DNA of 64,000 bases from IMG/VR virus record IMGVR_UViG_3300032334_001259, positions 1 through 64,000 of that record. One strand, written 5' to 3'. The notes under the pieces are model-generated. The model was given only the letters and a program-made list of their open reading frames with translations, made no database searches and was not told the origin of the DNA. The position numbers and the translations under genes were made by a program. Each line of letters starts with the position of its first letter. The stretch's first letter is position 1. Of this stretch, positions 40,060 to 49,665 are shown in pieces.

Positions 40060-40371
40060 ATGAAAATTATAAAAAAAAGAATTTTGGTTTTAAGTGATCC
40101 TAATACTGATATAGATGGTGATCACCCATCTATGAGATTTGATGAACAAAGATATATAGATGATGGTATAATAGAATCAATTATTGAAACCAAAAGTGAT
40201 GATAATTTAACATTTACAAAAGAAATACACTTCAATAGTTTTGAAAATTTTGCAAGATATAATGCAGACAGGTTATCATCAGTTGACTATGAATTAGAAT
40301 TAGCTAAAGCTAAGTATTTGGCTCAACATAATATGTCTTTAACTGAAATTTATATGATTTTAGTTGATTAA
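40060..40371 (+). CDS. hypothetical protein
   Basis: TATAAATA and SD GGAG upstream. Confidence 0.6.
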   Translation: MKIIKKRILVLSDPNTDIDGDHPSMRFDEQRYIDDGIIESIIETKSDDNLTFTKEIHFNSFENFARYNADRLSSVDYELELAKAKYLAQHNMSLTEIYMILVD

Positions 40372-41081
40372 TTTTCGTAATTACTTCTAGGATAACGTTC
40401 ACGATAGTGACGTTCACCTGGTTGCAAACTACGAGCCAACTCTACATAATCTGGTCCCTTACTATGCAACCAAGCCTCATGGTCAAAACGCCAATGAGGA
40501 TTGGTTGGGTGGCGTGTAAACTGTGTGAAGTTATGATTTAATCTATCTTCTGGATGTGCAATAGGTTCTAACTTGGCAATATAATCGCTTTTTGCCCACC
40601 AGAAATTGCCAGCAAAATGTGGCCACGGAACTGTATTATAATTTGTTCCTACTACTTCTGCACCTTCACGAAGTGCTTCAACATTATCACGCCATTTTTC
40701 AATCGTTGCCCAATTCATAAAATCACGCCAATCACCAACGTTTGGATCACCATAACGTAACAAACCTTTAAGATGAATATAACAAATGTAAAATGGTTCT
40801 GTTGCTTCACGTGCTTGTTGTAACATATACATCAGCGTTGGCCATTCATGATAAGCAGCATCTTTGTTGACACTTGCAAGTTTAAGTTTTCCTGCCGTAT
40901 CATTAATATTTTTTGTTGACAGCCAATTAGTAAAGGTCCAAGGTTGACCATTCATACAAATATGGATTTCATTGGCTGCATCCCATAGTCCTGACTTTTC
41001 AATTAAGTCCCACTGTTGGTCCATTACTTGGTTCCAACCGCCTAGTTCATTTACGTGCCAGAAAATCTTGATCGGTGTCAT
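40368..41081 (-). CDS. putative glycosyltransferase-like protein
   Basis: YIHLKG, WRDFM, FAGNFWWA..YI, RFDHEAW pattern. Confidence 0.45.
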   Translation of the reverse strand: MTPIKIFWHVNELGGWNQVMDQQWDLIEKSGLWDAANEIHICMNGQPWTFTNWLSTKNINDTAGKLKLASVNKDAAYHEWPTLMYMLQQAREATEPFYICYIHLKGLLRYGDPNVGDWRDFMNWATIEKWRDNVEALREGAEVVGTNYNTVPWPHFAGNFWWAKSDYIAKLEPIAHPEDRLNHNFTQFTRHPTNPHWRFDHEAWLHSKGPDYVELARSLQPGERHYRERYPRSNYEN

Positions 41082-41100
41082 GTTATTACCTTGTTGATGT

Positions 41101-41174
41101 TGGTGGAGAATATCAGAGTCGAACTGATGAATCCGCCTTGCAAAGGCGGCGGTTTTCCACTAGCCTAATTCCCC
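41101..41174 (-). tRNA. tRNA-Ala(UGC), CCA encoded
   Basis: GGGGAAT/ATTCTCC stem with G3:U70; anticodon arm CCGCC-TTTGCAA-GGCGG; T arm ATCAG-TTCGACT-CTGAT; TTGACA promoter at 41213. Confidence 0.95.
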
Positions 41175-41214
41175 ACAGGATAATAATATATATTCATATA
41201 TTATACTTGTCAAT

Positions 41215-41264
41215 AAAAAACCTCTGCGTGGCCCATGTTAGTTACACCAGAGGCAGAGGTTTTT
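41215..41264. terminator. inverted repeat / terminator-like hairpin with a large structured loop
   Basis: AAAAACCTCTGC...GCAGAGGTTTTT. Confidence 0.55.
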
Positions 41265-41410
41265 AAAGTAGCCATCATCGGATGATGAGACCAACCCAAC
41301 GAGTTGAATTGGGGGGTTAAGCTAGTTAAAAGATCAATAAAAAACGTATTCCGTTAGTTGGACACACTCTCACAGGAGTGGTTATAGAATAAATTTATAA
41401 ACTGATAATA

Positions 41411-41602
41411 TTATTTAACACTTTTTATTACGTCAATCAATAAACTTTTAAATTCTTCTTTTGCAGGTAAGAAAACCTCTTCACGAATTTGATTGCGATG
41501 TCTATAATTACTATACTTTTCTTCTTCCCACATATCATCCTGTGCATCAATCATCTTTTCCATAGCAATTAACATTTTTTCTAATAATTCGTCTGTTGTC
41601 AT
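41411..41602 (-). CDS. hypothetical protein
   Basis: 63 aa, SD GAGG. Confidence 0.6.
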   Translation of the reverse strand: MTTDELLEKMLIAMEKMIDAQDDMWEEEKYSNYRHRNQIREEVFLPAKEEFKSLLIDVIKSVK

Positions 41603-41609
41603 TTTATCC

Positions 41610-42341
41610 TCATAATGATAAGAAACTTTGTGAACGGTCTATCCATTCTAATACTAAATCTTTTTCGTCAAAATTATCAATACCATTTAGTTTAGCATCT
41701 AAACAATAGGGAAGTCTATTTGTTTCTTTTAATTCATATAAACTATTATACATACGTGGTTCATCATCTGTTTTATATACAGCAGCACGTAACCAACCAT
41801 TTTGTTTATCCAATTGAAAATGTGCATCACGACAATCAAAACCAGCACTTGCTAATTGAACAATAAGACTGCTCATAGTGTAAACATGATACATACCGCT
41901 TGTCATATTAACATTAATTGTATTGTGTTGAATATGTTCACTTATGGAAAGTGAATATGGAATTTCAACTATTAATAATCCATCTTTTCGTAACAATTTA
42001 TGCCAATGAAATAGTGTTCCAACTGGGTCCATTGCATGATGTAATACATTGTGACACCATATAAGGTCTTGTGGTGATAGTTCAACTGTTGCAAAATCTT
42101 CAAATATCCATTTCATACCTTGTACTGTTTGTAAGTTGTATGGTGGTGCTATTTCCACAGCAGTTACATTAAAATTATACTTGCGTCCTTCTGGACTTGT
42201 TAGTGATGCCCACCATACAGCATCATAACCCATACCAGCACCCATTACACAAATATTATCTAATCCCATAAGATAATCTTCTAAAATAGACAAATAATTT
42301 AATGTTACAAGACTATGGGCATGGCTTTCTTGAGGTGTCAT
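41610..42341 (-). CDS. class I SAM-dependent methyltransferase-like protein
   Basis: VMGAGMGYD motif I, DLIWCHNVLHH, LLRKDGLL. Confidence 0.7.
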   Translation of the reverse strand: MTPQESHAHSLVTLNYLSILEDYLMGLDNICVMGAGMGYDAVWWASLTSPEGRKYNFNVTAVEIAPPYNLQTVQGMKWIFEDFATVELSPQDLIWCHNVLHHAMDPVGTLFHWHKLLRKDGLLIVEIPYSLSISEHIQHNTINVNMTSGMYHVYTMSSLIVQLASAGFDCRDAHFQLDKQNGWLRAAVYKTDDEPRMYNSLYELKETNRLPYCLDAKLNGIDNFDEKDLVLEWIDRSQSFLSL

Positions 42342-42393
42342 AAGGTGTCCGTTAAATATTGCTATAGATTATATAGTAGGATATTATTCGGTT

Positions 42394-43191
42394 ATGAAAA
42401 TTTTAATCACAGGAAGCAACGGGTTTATTGGCAGTTATTTGTGCAAATATTATACCGAATATGGTCATCAAGTTATACAATTACATCGTGGTGTTTGTGA
42501 TTTAGAAGATGCTGAAAGTGTTAAAAATTTCTTTACTGCAAATCCATGTAACGCAGTAATTCATACTGCATTATGGGGTCGTGAATTAGTTCGCAGTGAT
42601 AATCCAGAAGTATATGAACGAAACTGGAAAATTTGGCAAAATCTATTAAGTAATCGTGATAAGTTTCAACAATTTATTAATCTTGGAACTGGCTTGGAGT
42701 ATGATAGTGGACGAGACATCAAATATGCTGATGAAGATGATGCCTTATATGTGGAGCCTACTGCTCCTTATGATCGTGTTAAAAACGATATATCTCGTGC
42801 TATTCATAATCTACCATCTTTTTATACACTTCTTTTATTCGGAGTAGCACATTATACAGAAGGTAATCGTTTCTTTAATCGTTTGCTGAATGAACCAACA
42901 TTTACAATCAATGAAGATCGTGAATATGATTATTTTAATTTAGAAGATTTACCAACCGTAATAGATTTAATTTTAGATAATAAAATGCAACATAAAGCAA
43001 TAAACTGTGTTTATGAGCAGAAATATAAATTAAGTCAACTTGCAAAATTATTCTGTGATATTAAAATGCTTGATTATAAAAAAGTGCAAGTATTAGACAC
43101 TAGTAATAAAAATTATACTGGAAGCAATGACAGATTAAAAAGTTATAATCTGCCACTACTTGGTTTAGAATTAGCCATGCTTCGGTTTTAA
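42394..43191 (+). CDS. NAD-dependent epimerase/reductase (extended SDR)
   Basis: ITGSNGFIG, YxxxK (YDRVK). Confidence 0.8.
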   Translation: MKILITGSNGFIGSYLCKYYTEYGHQVIQLHRGVCDLEDAESVKNFFTANPCNAVIHTALWGRELVRSDNPEVYERNWKIWQNLLSNRDKFQQFINLGTGLEYDSGRDIKYADEDDALYVEPTAPYDRVKNDISRAIHNLPSFYTLLLFGVAHYTEGNRFFNRLLNEPTFTINEDREYDYFNLEDLPTVIDLILDNKMQHKAINCVYEQKYKLSQLAKLFCDIKMLDYKKVQVLDTSNKNYTGSNDRLKSYNLPLLGLELAMLRF

Positions 43192-44178
43192 TTTACCGTT
43201 TTCATCAAACAAGATTTCAGCAAAACGTTTCTTGCATGATTCACCATTCCATGCTTGTTGCATTTTAGCAACCTGTTCAACACCAATTTCAATTGCTTGC
43301 TTAAAACTTGTTTGTGGATATTGTGGAATATACTGTTGAATGTGACGGAAAGCATGGTCACCACTGCATAACATTGGTCTACCAACCATAAGTGCTTGGT
43401 CAGTTGCACTACTGATACCAGTTGTATTACGAGCATAGAAAAATACGTTAAGTGTATTCTGTGACAACCATTCTAATAATTCTTGATCACTAAAATAATT
43501 TTCAGTAAGTTGTATTTCAATGCCAGGTTTTGCAATAGGTAAACACTGTGTAGCAACTTCCATACGAGCATAACCGCCAACATCACCATAGTAACTACCA
43601 GGTGCATAGTTCATACGAATGATTGCACGATCAAATTCTTCATTAACTGCACGAACAAGATTACCCAGATTTCTACCGTGACCAGCTAAACCATAAGTTC
43701 CAATAACTGGTATTTCTTTTTCTACATATGGCTGAACTTTTGCTGTGCCAAGTGGACGTGGGAAAGCATAGAAACGCTTGTCATGAAAATCAGCGGTTGG
43801 GTCTACCCAAAAATAAGCATCAAAATCATCAATGTTTACACCTTCTAAACCAGCATATGGATTGTTTGGAAATCCTTCAAAATGAAAGCAGAACTTCATA
43901 CCTGGCAAGTTCTTACAAATCATTTCACTACGCACACCGCTTTGGTCACGCATAGTGGAAATATGATAGTTAAAGAAATATGCATCATATGGTTCTTTCT
44001 CTTTACCACGATGAATAACTTTGCCATTATTAAGTGCGGATATATCTAAATCATTTGTTTCAAAATAATCCATAGTATAATTTGCACCGTCTTTAAGAAC
44101 ATTATGCAACATTCTACCAATAGTGCTCATACTACAAGCACCACGATCTTTGTTTATAAGTGCAAATTTATAGGTCAT
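43171..44178 (-). CDS. GT-B-like putative glycosyltransferase, paralog 1
   Basis: PVIG..G...EFD.AIIR...W.SQNT.N.FFY...DQA...RP shared with 44175 and 46118. Confidence 0.55.
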   Translation of the reverse strand: MTYKFALINKDRGACSMSTIGRMLHNVLKDGANYTMDYFETNDLDISALNNGKVIHRGKEKEPYDAYFFNYHISTMRDQSGVRSEMICKNLPGMKFCFHFEGFPNNPYAGLEGVNIDDFDAYFWVDPTADFHDKRFYAFPRPLGTAKVQPYVEKEIPVIGTYGLAGHGRNLGNLVRAVNEEFDRAIIRMNYAPGSYYGDVGGYARMEVATQCLPIAKPGIEIQLTENYFSDQELLEWLSQNTLNVFFYARNTTGISSATDQALMVGRPMLCSGDHAFRHIQQYIPQYPQTSFKQAIEIGVEQVAKMQQAWNGESCKKRFAEILFDENGKLKPKHG

Positions 44179-45155
44179 AACCCAATCCTTTTGAATATTT
44201 TAGTAAAGTCTTCATGTATCTGTTCTGGTGTAAATCTTTTGTAAACTGGTTCCCATGATTTAGTTCCGTTTGCTATAATTTGTTTCAATGATGAATTTTC
44301 AACAATAATAGTTGGTTCTAAATTCCAATAACTCTTAAACTGATGGCTTTTAGTAATTGCAATAGGGCGACGAGCAGCAATGGCATAATCAATACTACCA
44401 CTCATGCCAGCACCATCAAGATAATCATAGAAGTAACAATTGACTGTATTTTGTGCAAGCCAATTTACAATACCTTGCTCATCTAACCAATCATTGCTTA
44501 CTTCTACTTTAATACCAGGTTTGGTGATAATAGAATTTACTTGTGCAAGAATTTGTGGACCATATGTATTTTTTGGTTGTGTAAAGAAACCATCTGGCAT
44601 GTGCAGTCGTATAATAGCTTCATCGAATTCATGTTGAACTTGTGCTGCTATTCTATGAACGCCCTTCCATGGTGCTGGAAATCCTTGCCACCCAATTACA
44701 GGAATACCTTGTTCAACATATTCTACTGTTGGTGTTTTTGCAGGTAAATGATTTACAACAAATACACCTTCATTATGTGGAACGCTTTCATCGTATGTCA
44801 TCATATATTGCCATATAGGATGCGTATATGGATTCCATTGTTCAGCAAATTGTTTGGCTTGATCATAAACAATACAAATACACTTAATATCTGGATATAA
44901 TCCACGTAGACTCATTTTTTCAATCCACGGATTTACACCTTTATGAAAATTAAAAATAACTAAATTTGGTTTGTAATCTAATATCTTTTTGCTACACTCA
45001 TCAATACTGTCAGTATAAATTGTCTCAATTTTATAAAGTGGATGTGTATCTAAAATATTTGCTAATAGCGAACCAGTTAAACTAACACCACATCTACCAC
45101 GATCATTTTCATCAGTAATTGGTGTAGTAACATATAATATCTTTGCGTTATTCAT
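44175..45155 (-). CDS. GT-B-like putative glycosyltransferase, paralog 2
   Basis: Same C-terminal motif set. Confidence 0.55.
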   Translation of the reverse strand: MNNAKILYVTTPITDENDRGRCGVSLTGSLLANILDTHPLYKIETIYTDSIDECSKKILDYKPNLVIFNFHKGVNPWIEKMSLRGLYPDIKCICIVYDQAKQFAEQWNPYTHPIWQYMMTYDESVPHNEGVFVVNHLPAKTPTVEYVEQGIPVIGWQGFPAPWKGVHRIAAQVQHEFDEAIIRLHMPDGFFTQPKNTYGPQILAQVNSIITKPGIKVEVSNDWLDEQGIVNWLAQNTVNCYFYDYLDGAGMSGSIDYAIAARRPIAITKSHQFKSYWNLEPTIIVENSSLKQIIANGTKSWEPVYKRFTPEQIHEDFTKIFKRIGL

Positions 45156-46116
45156 TTGCTTTTTTTACCTGTTCTGCAATCCAGTGATATGTTTTGCTTA
45201 AGCCACCGTATAAATCTTGGGTAGGAACCCAACCAAGTTTTTCACGAATTAAATCATTATTGCTATTACGACCACGAACACCCTGTGGTCCTTCAATATG
45301 TTTAATTGTTATTGTTTTATCAGCAATACCACTTACGGTTAATACAAGATCGTTGATACTAATAAGATAATCACTACCAATGTTGATTGGACCTTCAAAG
45401 TCACTATCCATTAAACGCATAATGCCTTCTACACAATCATCAATATGTAGAAAACTACGAGTTTGTTTACCATCACCCCATACTTCAATCTCGCCGCCTT
45501 CTTCTGCCTCTGCAATTTTGCGGCAAATAGCAGCTGGTGCTTTCTCTTTGCCACCTTGCCAAGTGCCGTATTCACCAAATATATTATGAAAACGTGCTAT
45601 ACGATTACGCATACCATGTTGACGATTGTAGGCAAGATAAAGACGTTCACTAAACAATTTTTCCCAACCATATTCGCTATCTGGATGAGCAGGATAAGCA
45701 GTATGTTCACGGCAATCTGGATTTTCTGGGTCTAATTGGTTAAATTCGTTGTAAATACAAGCACTACTACTAAAAAATACTTGTTCTACGCCATGACGAT
45801 GTGCGGCTTCAACAACATTTAGATTAATTTTAGCACTGTTAGTCATAACTTCTGCATCATTAATACCAGCATTGATATAACCAGCACCACCCATGTCAGC
45901 AGCAAGCTGAAATACACGGTCAACTTTACGACCAATGATAAAATTAACGACGTTTGGATTGCGACAATCACTGATGTAGAACTCATCACATGCACTTGAT
46001 GCAAATTCTGGTTGTTTTAAATCAACACCACGAACCCAATATCCATCAGTCTTTAAACGTTTGGCAACATGACTACCAATAAATCCACCTGCACCTACTA
46101 CAACTGCCGTTTTCAT
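45148..46116 (-). CDS. GDP-mannose 3,5-epimerase-like SDR
   Basis: GAGGFIG, LAADMGG.G.I, SSACIY, YGWEK, GGKEKAPAA.CRK, GVRGRNS. Confidence 0.85.
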   Translation of the reverse strand: MKTAVVVGAGGFIGSHVAKRLKTDGYWVRGVDLKQPEFASSACDEFYISDCRNPNVVNFIIGRKVDRVFQLAADMGGAGYINAGINDAEVMTNSAKINLNVVEAAHRHGVEQVFFSSSACIYNEFNQLDPENPDCREHTAYPAHPDSEYGWEKLFSERLYLAYNRQHGMRNRIARFHNIFGEYGTWQGGKEKAPAAICRKIAEAEEGGEIEVWGDGKQTRSFLHIDDCVEGIMRLMDSDFEGPINIGSDYLISINDLVLTVSGIADKTITIKHIEGPQGVRGRNSNNDLIREKLGWVPTQDLYGGLSKTYHWIAEQVKKANE

Positions 46117-46117
46117 T

Positions 46118-47095
46118 TTATTCCTCACCGTCAAATATAATTTCTGTTAATCTTTGGATACAACGTTCTTTGCTCCAATCTTCTTGTAATTTTCTCACAT
46201 AATCAACACCATTCTCAATTGTTTCACGTAAACTCATTTCTGGATATGGTTTTTGGTATTGTAAAACATGACGGAATGTAGGGTTGTTACTTACAGCAAT
46301 AGGACGACCACTTGCAATTGCTTGGTCAGGTGCAGCCGCAATGCCTAAAATATGACGTTGATAGAAGAAAGCATTTACGGTATTACGACTGCACCAATCT
46401 ATAAGTTCATCGTTGCTGTAGAAATTATGTGTTATTTGTAATTCAACATTGTCACGTGCTGCGGCACGACATTGTTGAAGAACTTGATTTAATAGTGATT
46501 TGTTTTGGTCACTATATGCTGCTTGTGGAAGATTAATACGCACTATAGATTTTTCAAATTCTTCACTTGCTGCCTTGACAATAAGGTCAAATCCTTTATC
46601 TACTGTTACATAACCATAACAACCAATGACGGGAACTTCTGGGACATATTTGTAACCTGGTAGAATTTTAGGTAATACACGTGGATAATGATGAAACCGT
46701 GGATTTCCAAAATTTTTAGTTGGATCTAATACAATATAACCATTAAAACTATCTGGAACATTGTCTACAACTGGATTAGCATCATCACGTATTTCTTCAA
46801 CAACCATGCAATAATGTAAACTTGGAATTTTGTAAAACTGTGTACAGTCAATACGTTCCATTTCACGCATTGTATAAGGATGGTAATTCCATATAATTAT
46901 ATCGTATTGTGGTGGTTGTTGACCATCAATAAGTTTGATTATTCCATTATTCAAGGCATTGCGATCAAGAAAGTTTGCTTCTACATAATCCATATGCCAT
47001 TGGTCAGAGTCTTCATTGATTTCGTAAAAAGTTAAACCTTTTTCATAAATGGAACAATTTGCTTCACGTGTGTTAACGAATAAAAATCTATACAT
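46118..47095 (-). CDS. GT-B-like putative glycosyltransferase, paralog 3
   Basis: Same C-terminal motif set. Confidence 0.55.
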   Translation of the reverse strand: MYRFLFVNTREANCSIYEKGLTFYEINEDSDQWHMDYVEANFLDRNALNNGIIKLIDGQQPPQYDIIIWNYHPYTMREMERIDCTQFYKIPSLHYCMVVEEIRDDANPVVDNVPDSFNGYIVLDPTKNFGNPRFHHYPRVLPKILPGYKYVPEVPVIGCYGYVTVDKGFDLIVKAASEEFEKSIVRINLPQAAYSDQNKSLLNQVLQQCRAAARDNVELQITHNFYSNDELIDWCSRNTVNAFFYQRHILGIAAAPDQAIASGRPIAVSNNPTFRHVLQYQKPYPEMSLRETIENGVDYVRKLQEDWSKERCIQRLTEIIFDGEE

Positions 47096-47098
47096 ATT

Positions 47099-48028
47099 TT
47101 ATTTTTCTATATGGTAACCGCTTGTTTGTTTATTGTTCTTGATATCATCAATTGCACGTTCAATAATACGAACAGCAGGACTTGCAAATGTTGTATTACT
47201 AAAGCGGAAATCTGCGGCAATGTCAAGACCATATGGCAACAAATCTTCTGGCTTATGACTAAAGTTTACAAATACTTTATTCTTATCAAGCAAGTTTTGT
47301 TTAGTATTGGCATAAGTGAATGGTCCACTATTCTTACCAACTATAAGATTTACTTTTGTTGAAAGAAGAGAAATATCACAAAGATCACATGAAGTTGTAA
47401 ACAAATCACTTGTGAAAATGACATTTTGACATTTTGTTTCAAATCTTTCAGTAGCAACAATTGTATCATCTTTGTGATTGTCAGCAACATATTCAATAAT
47501 ACTTTTCATATTATCCATGCTGCTTTGCTTACTTGCTACTTCACTGTTACAGAAAAGATAAACATTTCCTACCAATTCTTTTTGCATTTGTGCAGTAGGT
47601 TCATGATAATGACTATAATTAATTTCTGGAACATAATCCCAAACATCTTCACTTAATTGCAAATCAATGCCAAAGTTTTGACGAATATTGCCATACATTT
47701 CACGGTAAATGCGATGGTGACTAATATAACTTGGGTGAGTGTTTGGCCAAAGACCCATGTAACTACCTACCCAAGTGTTGATTAGTATAGTATCATCATC
47801 ATTTGCAAATCGTTTCCACTGGTCAACACTTGTTAGCACACTTTCGCAATCTTCACTATCAAGTGTTTCTACAAGATCAATAATTGCACGTGGGTTTTTG
47901 CGGTGTGCATAATGAAATGTATAATCTGGTAGTTGGCGTTTAATGTCAGCGACCACTCCTCGTGTAGAGAAGAGGTCGCCATAATGCCAGTGATTATAGA
48001 ATATAATATTACCCATGTTATTATCCAA
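47099..48028 (-). CDS. hypothetical protein, possible GT-B (GT9-like) transferase
   Basis: HYGDL near the N-terminus, VGKNSGP; inside the sugar operon. Confidence 0.4.
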   Translation of the reverse strand: MDNNMGNIIFYNHWHYGDLFSTRGVVADIKRQLPDYTFHYAHRKNPRAIIDLVETLDSEDCESVLTSVDQWKRFANDDDTILINTWVGSYMGLWPNTHPSYISHHRIYREMYGNIRQNFGIDLQLSEDVWDYVPEINYSHYHEPTAQMQKELVGNVYLFCNSEVASKQSSMDNMKSIIEYVADNHKDDTIVATERFETKCQNVIFTSDLFTTSCDLCDISLLSTKVNLIVGKNSGPFTYANTKQNLLDKNKVFVNFSHKPEDLLPYGLDIAADFRFSNTTFASPAVRIIERAIDDIKNNKQTSGYHIEK

Positions 48029-49244
48029 TAACTTGGAATGTTGGGCAAGGAACTACTAACTTACCGCCCTTGGCGATAAAGTCCTGTTCACGCTTGACGA
48101 ACTCATCAATAAAGTGCCAAGGAAGAACAAGCAAGTAATCTGGATTTGCTGCTCTCATTTCTTCTTCACTGCAAATTGGAATATTAGTTCCAACTGTTAA
48201 CAAACCAAACTTATATGGACTACGTTCAGCAATAGCAGTTACAAGGTCAGGGGTGATACCAAACAATTGCAACAGTGTGTTACCCTTTGTTGATGCACCA
48301 TAACCATAAACCTTCTTACCTTCTGCCTTTGCTTGATGTAAGAAATCAAGAACTTGCTTTTTAAGTGACCAGATATTTTCACCAAATTCTTTCCAAAGGT
48401 CTTCATCAGTGATATTCCACCAAGCATTTTCATATTGTATGGTAGCGGCAATACGCATTTCACAAACGTCACGAATCTGGCGTGTAGCAAATGTCTTTTC
48501 ATCAGCAGTATCTTTTTGGAATGTTACACGGAATGAACCACCGTTAGCGTCATTAAGTGTGCAATCACGAAGAACGAATCCTTCACTTTCAAACAACTTC
48601 TTGATGCTGTTCAAATCGTAATAATACACGTGTTCATGGCAAATGTTATCAAATGCCAACTGCTTCAACATAAGTGGTGTATAACTCATTTGTAGAACAA
48701 ATACACCATCATCTGTGAGAATATCATGTGCATCACGAATAAATGGACGTGGGTTATCAAGGTCATAGAACATTGCAATGCAAGTAATAACCTTTGCCTT
48801 TGCATCTGGTCCAAGACCAAGGCGGTTCCAAGCATCCTTTGTAAAGAAGTCTTGAATTACTTTTGCATGTTTGGTGCTTTCTGCCAAGAAACTATCATCA
48901 GCAGGATCAATACCAACCTTTGTCATGTAATCAGGAACTTGACGAAGCAATGTGCCATCATTACATGCAATATCAAGCCAGATATCACCACTTTGTGTCT
49001 TGGTGCGGCTTGTAATTTCTGCAACAACATCACCAAGAAGTTTAGTCATGGTTGCATTGGTTCCACTGCGATACCAATATTGTCCATACATCTTGTCCAA
49101 TGGTGCAACACCATCAAGACGGACTGCACCAATAGTTTGGTCAAGATAAAGATCAAGCGACCAAGGTTTTGTTTCACGCATTTCTGCGCCTGGCTTCATA
49201 AAATCACTTACGTAGTGATCACCTAATTCTAAAATCTTTTTCAT
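48021..49244 (-). CDS. NDP-hexose 3-C-methyltransferase (TcaB9/NovU-like)
   Basis: YWYRSG, DIACNDGTLL, FDNICHEH, NGGS, YGASTKGNTLL, PDYLLVLPWHF. Confidence 0.88.
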   Translation of the reverse strand: MKKILELGDHYVSDFMKPGAEMRETKPWSLDLYLDQTIGAVRLDGVAPLDKMYGQYWYRSGTNATMTKLLGDVVAEITSRTKTQSGDIWLDIACNDGTLLRQVPDYMTKVGIDPADDSFLAESTKHAKVIQDFFTKDAWNRLGLGPDAKAKVITCIAMFYDLDNPRPFIRDAHDILTDDGVFVLQMSYTPLMLKQLAFDNICHEHVYYYDLNSIKKLFESEGFVLRDCTLNDANGGSFRVTFQKDTADEKTFATRQIRDVCEMRIAATIQYENAWWNITDEDLWKEFGENIWSLKKQVLDFLHQAKAEGKKVYGYGASTKGNTLLQLFGITPDLVTAIAERSPYKFGLLTVGTNIPICSEEEMRAANPDYLLVLPWHFIDEFVKREQDFIAKGGKLVVPCPTFQVIG

Positions 49245-49663
49245 TTTAATCCCTCGTTGATATATGATTTTGTTTCTACAATATCGCTATTGTATAGTTT
49301 GTTGATATCTAATTTGTATTGGCAACGGTCTTTGTTACCTTGGTGGACATCAGTGACTAACTTGATAAATTCACTGTCATATGGTTTCAAATCGGAACCA
49401 TATGTTCTTACAACGTCTTCATGTCGCCAAATCATATGATTTACTGCTTTAAGATTCTTGACAATATCATCAACTGGCTCACTTGGCTGTTCAAGATCAT
49501 TAATAATCTTCATAAGTTCTGCCAATTCTTTGTTGACATATTCAATCTTAATGCGATTAGTTTCGTTATCTACCTTACCATATTCTTCTAACTTAATGTT
49601 AAGAATAGTAATCTTATCCCACAAATCGCCAATGCTAATTGGTGCAAATACTAACTGTCCCAT
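49241..49663 (-). CDS. DUF6165-like protein
   Basis: PISIGDLWDKITILNIK...W..ED...R...K..IN...ETKSY. Confidence 0.7.
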   Translation of the reverse strand: MGQLVFAPISIGDLWDKITILNIKLEEYGKVDNETNRIKIEYVNKELAELMKIINDLEQPSEPVDDIVKNLKAVNHMIWRHEDVVRTYGSDLKPYDSEFIKLVTDVHQGNKDRCQYKLDINKLYNSDIVETKSYINEGLK

Positions 49664-49665
49664 GA

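Noticed and set aside
41228-41255. preQ1-riboswitch-like TAGTTACACC string
   Set aside because: It lacks the required P1 pairing and A-rich tail, and there is no downstream gene on that strand.
41075-41266. 63-aa plus-strand ORF
   Set aside because: It is antisense to tRNA-Ala.
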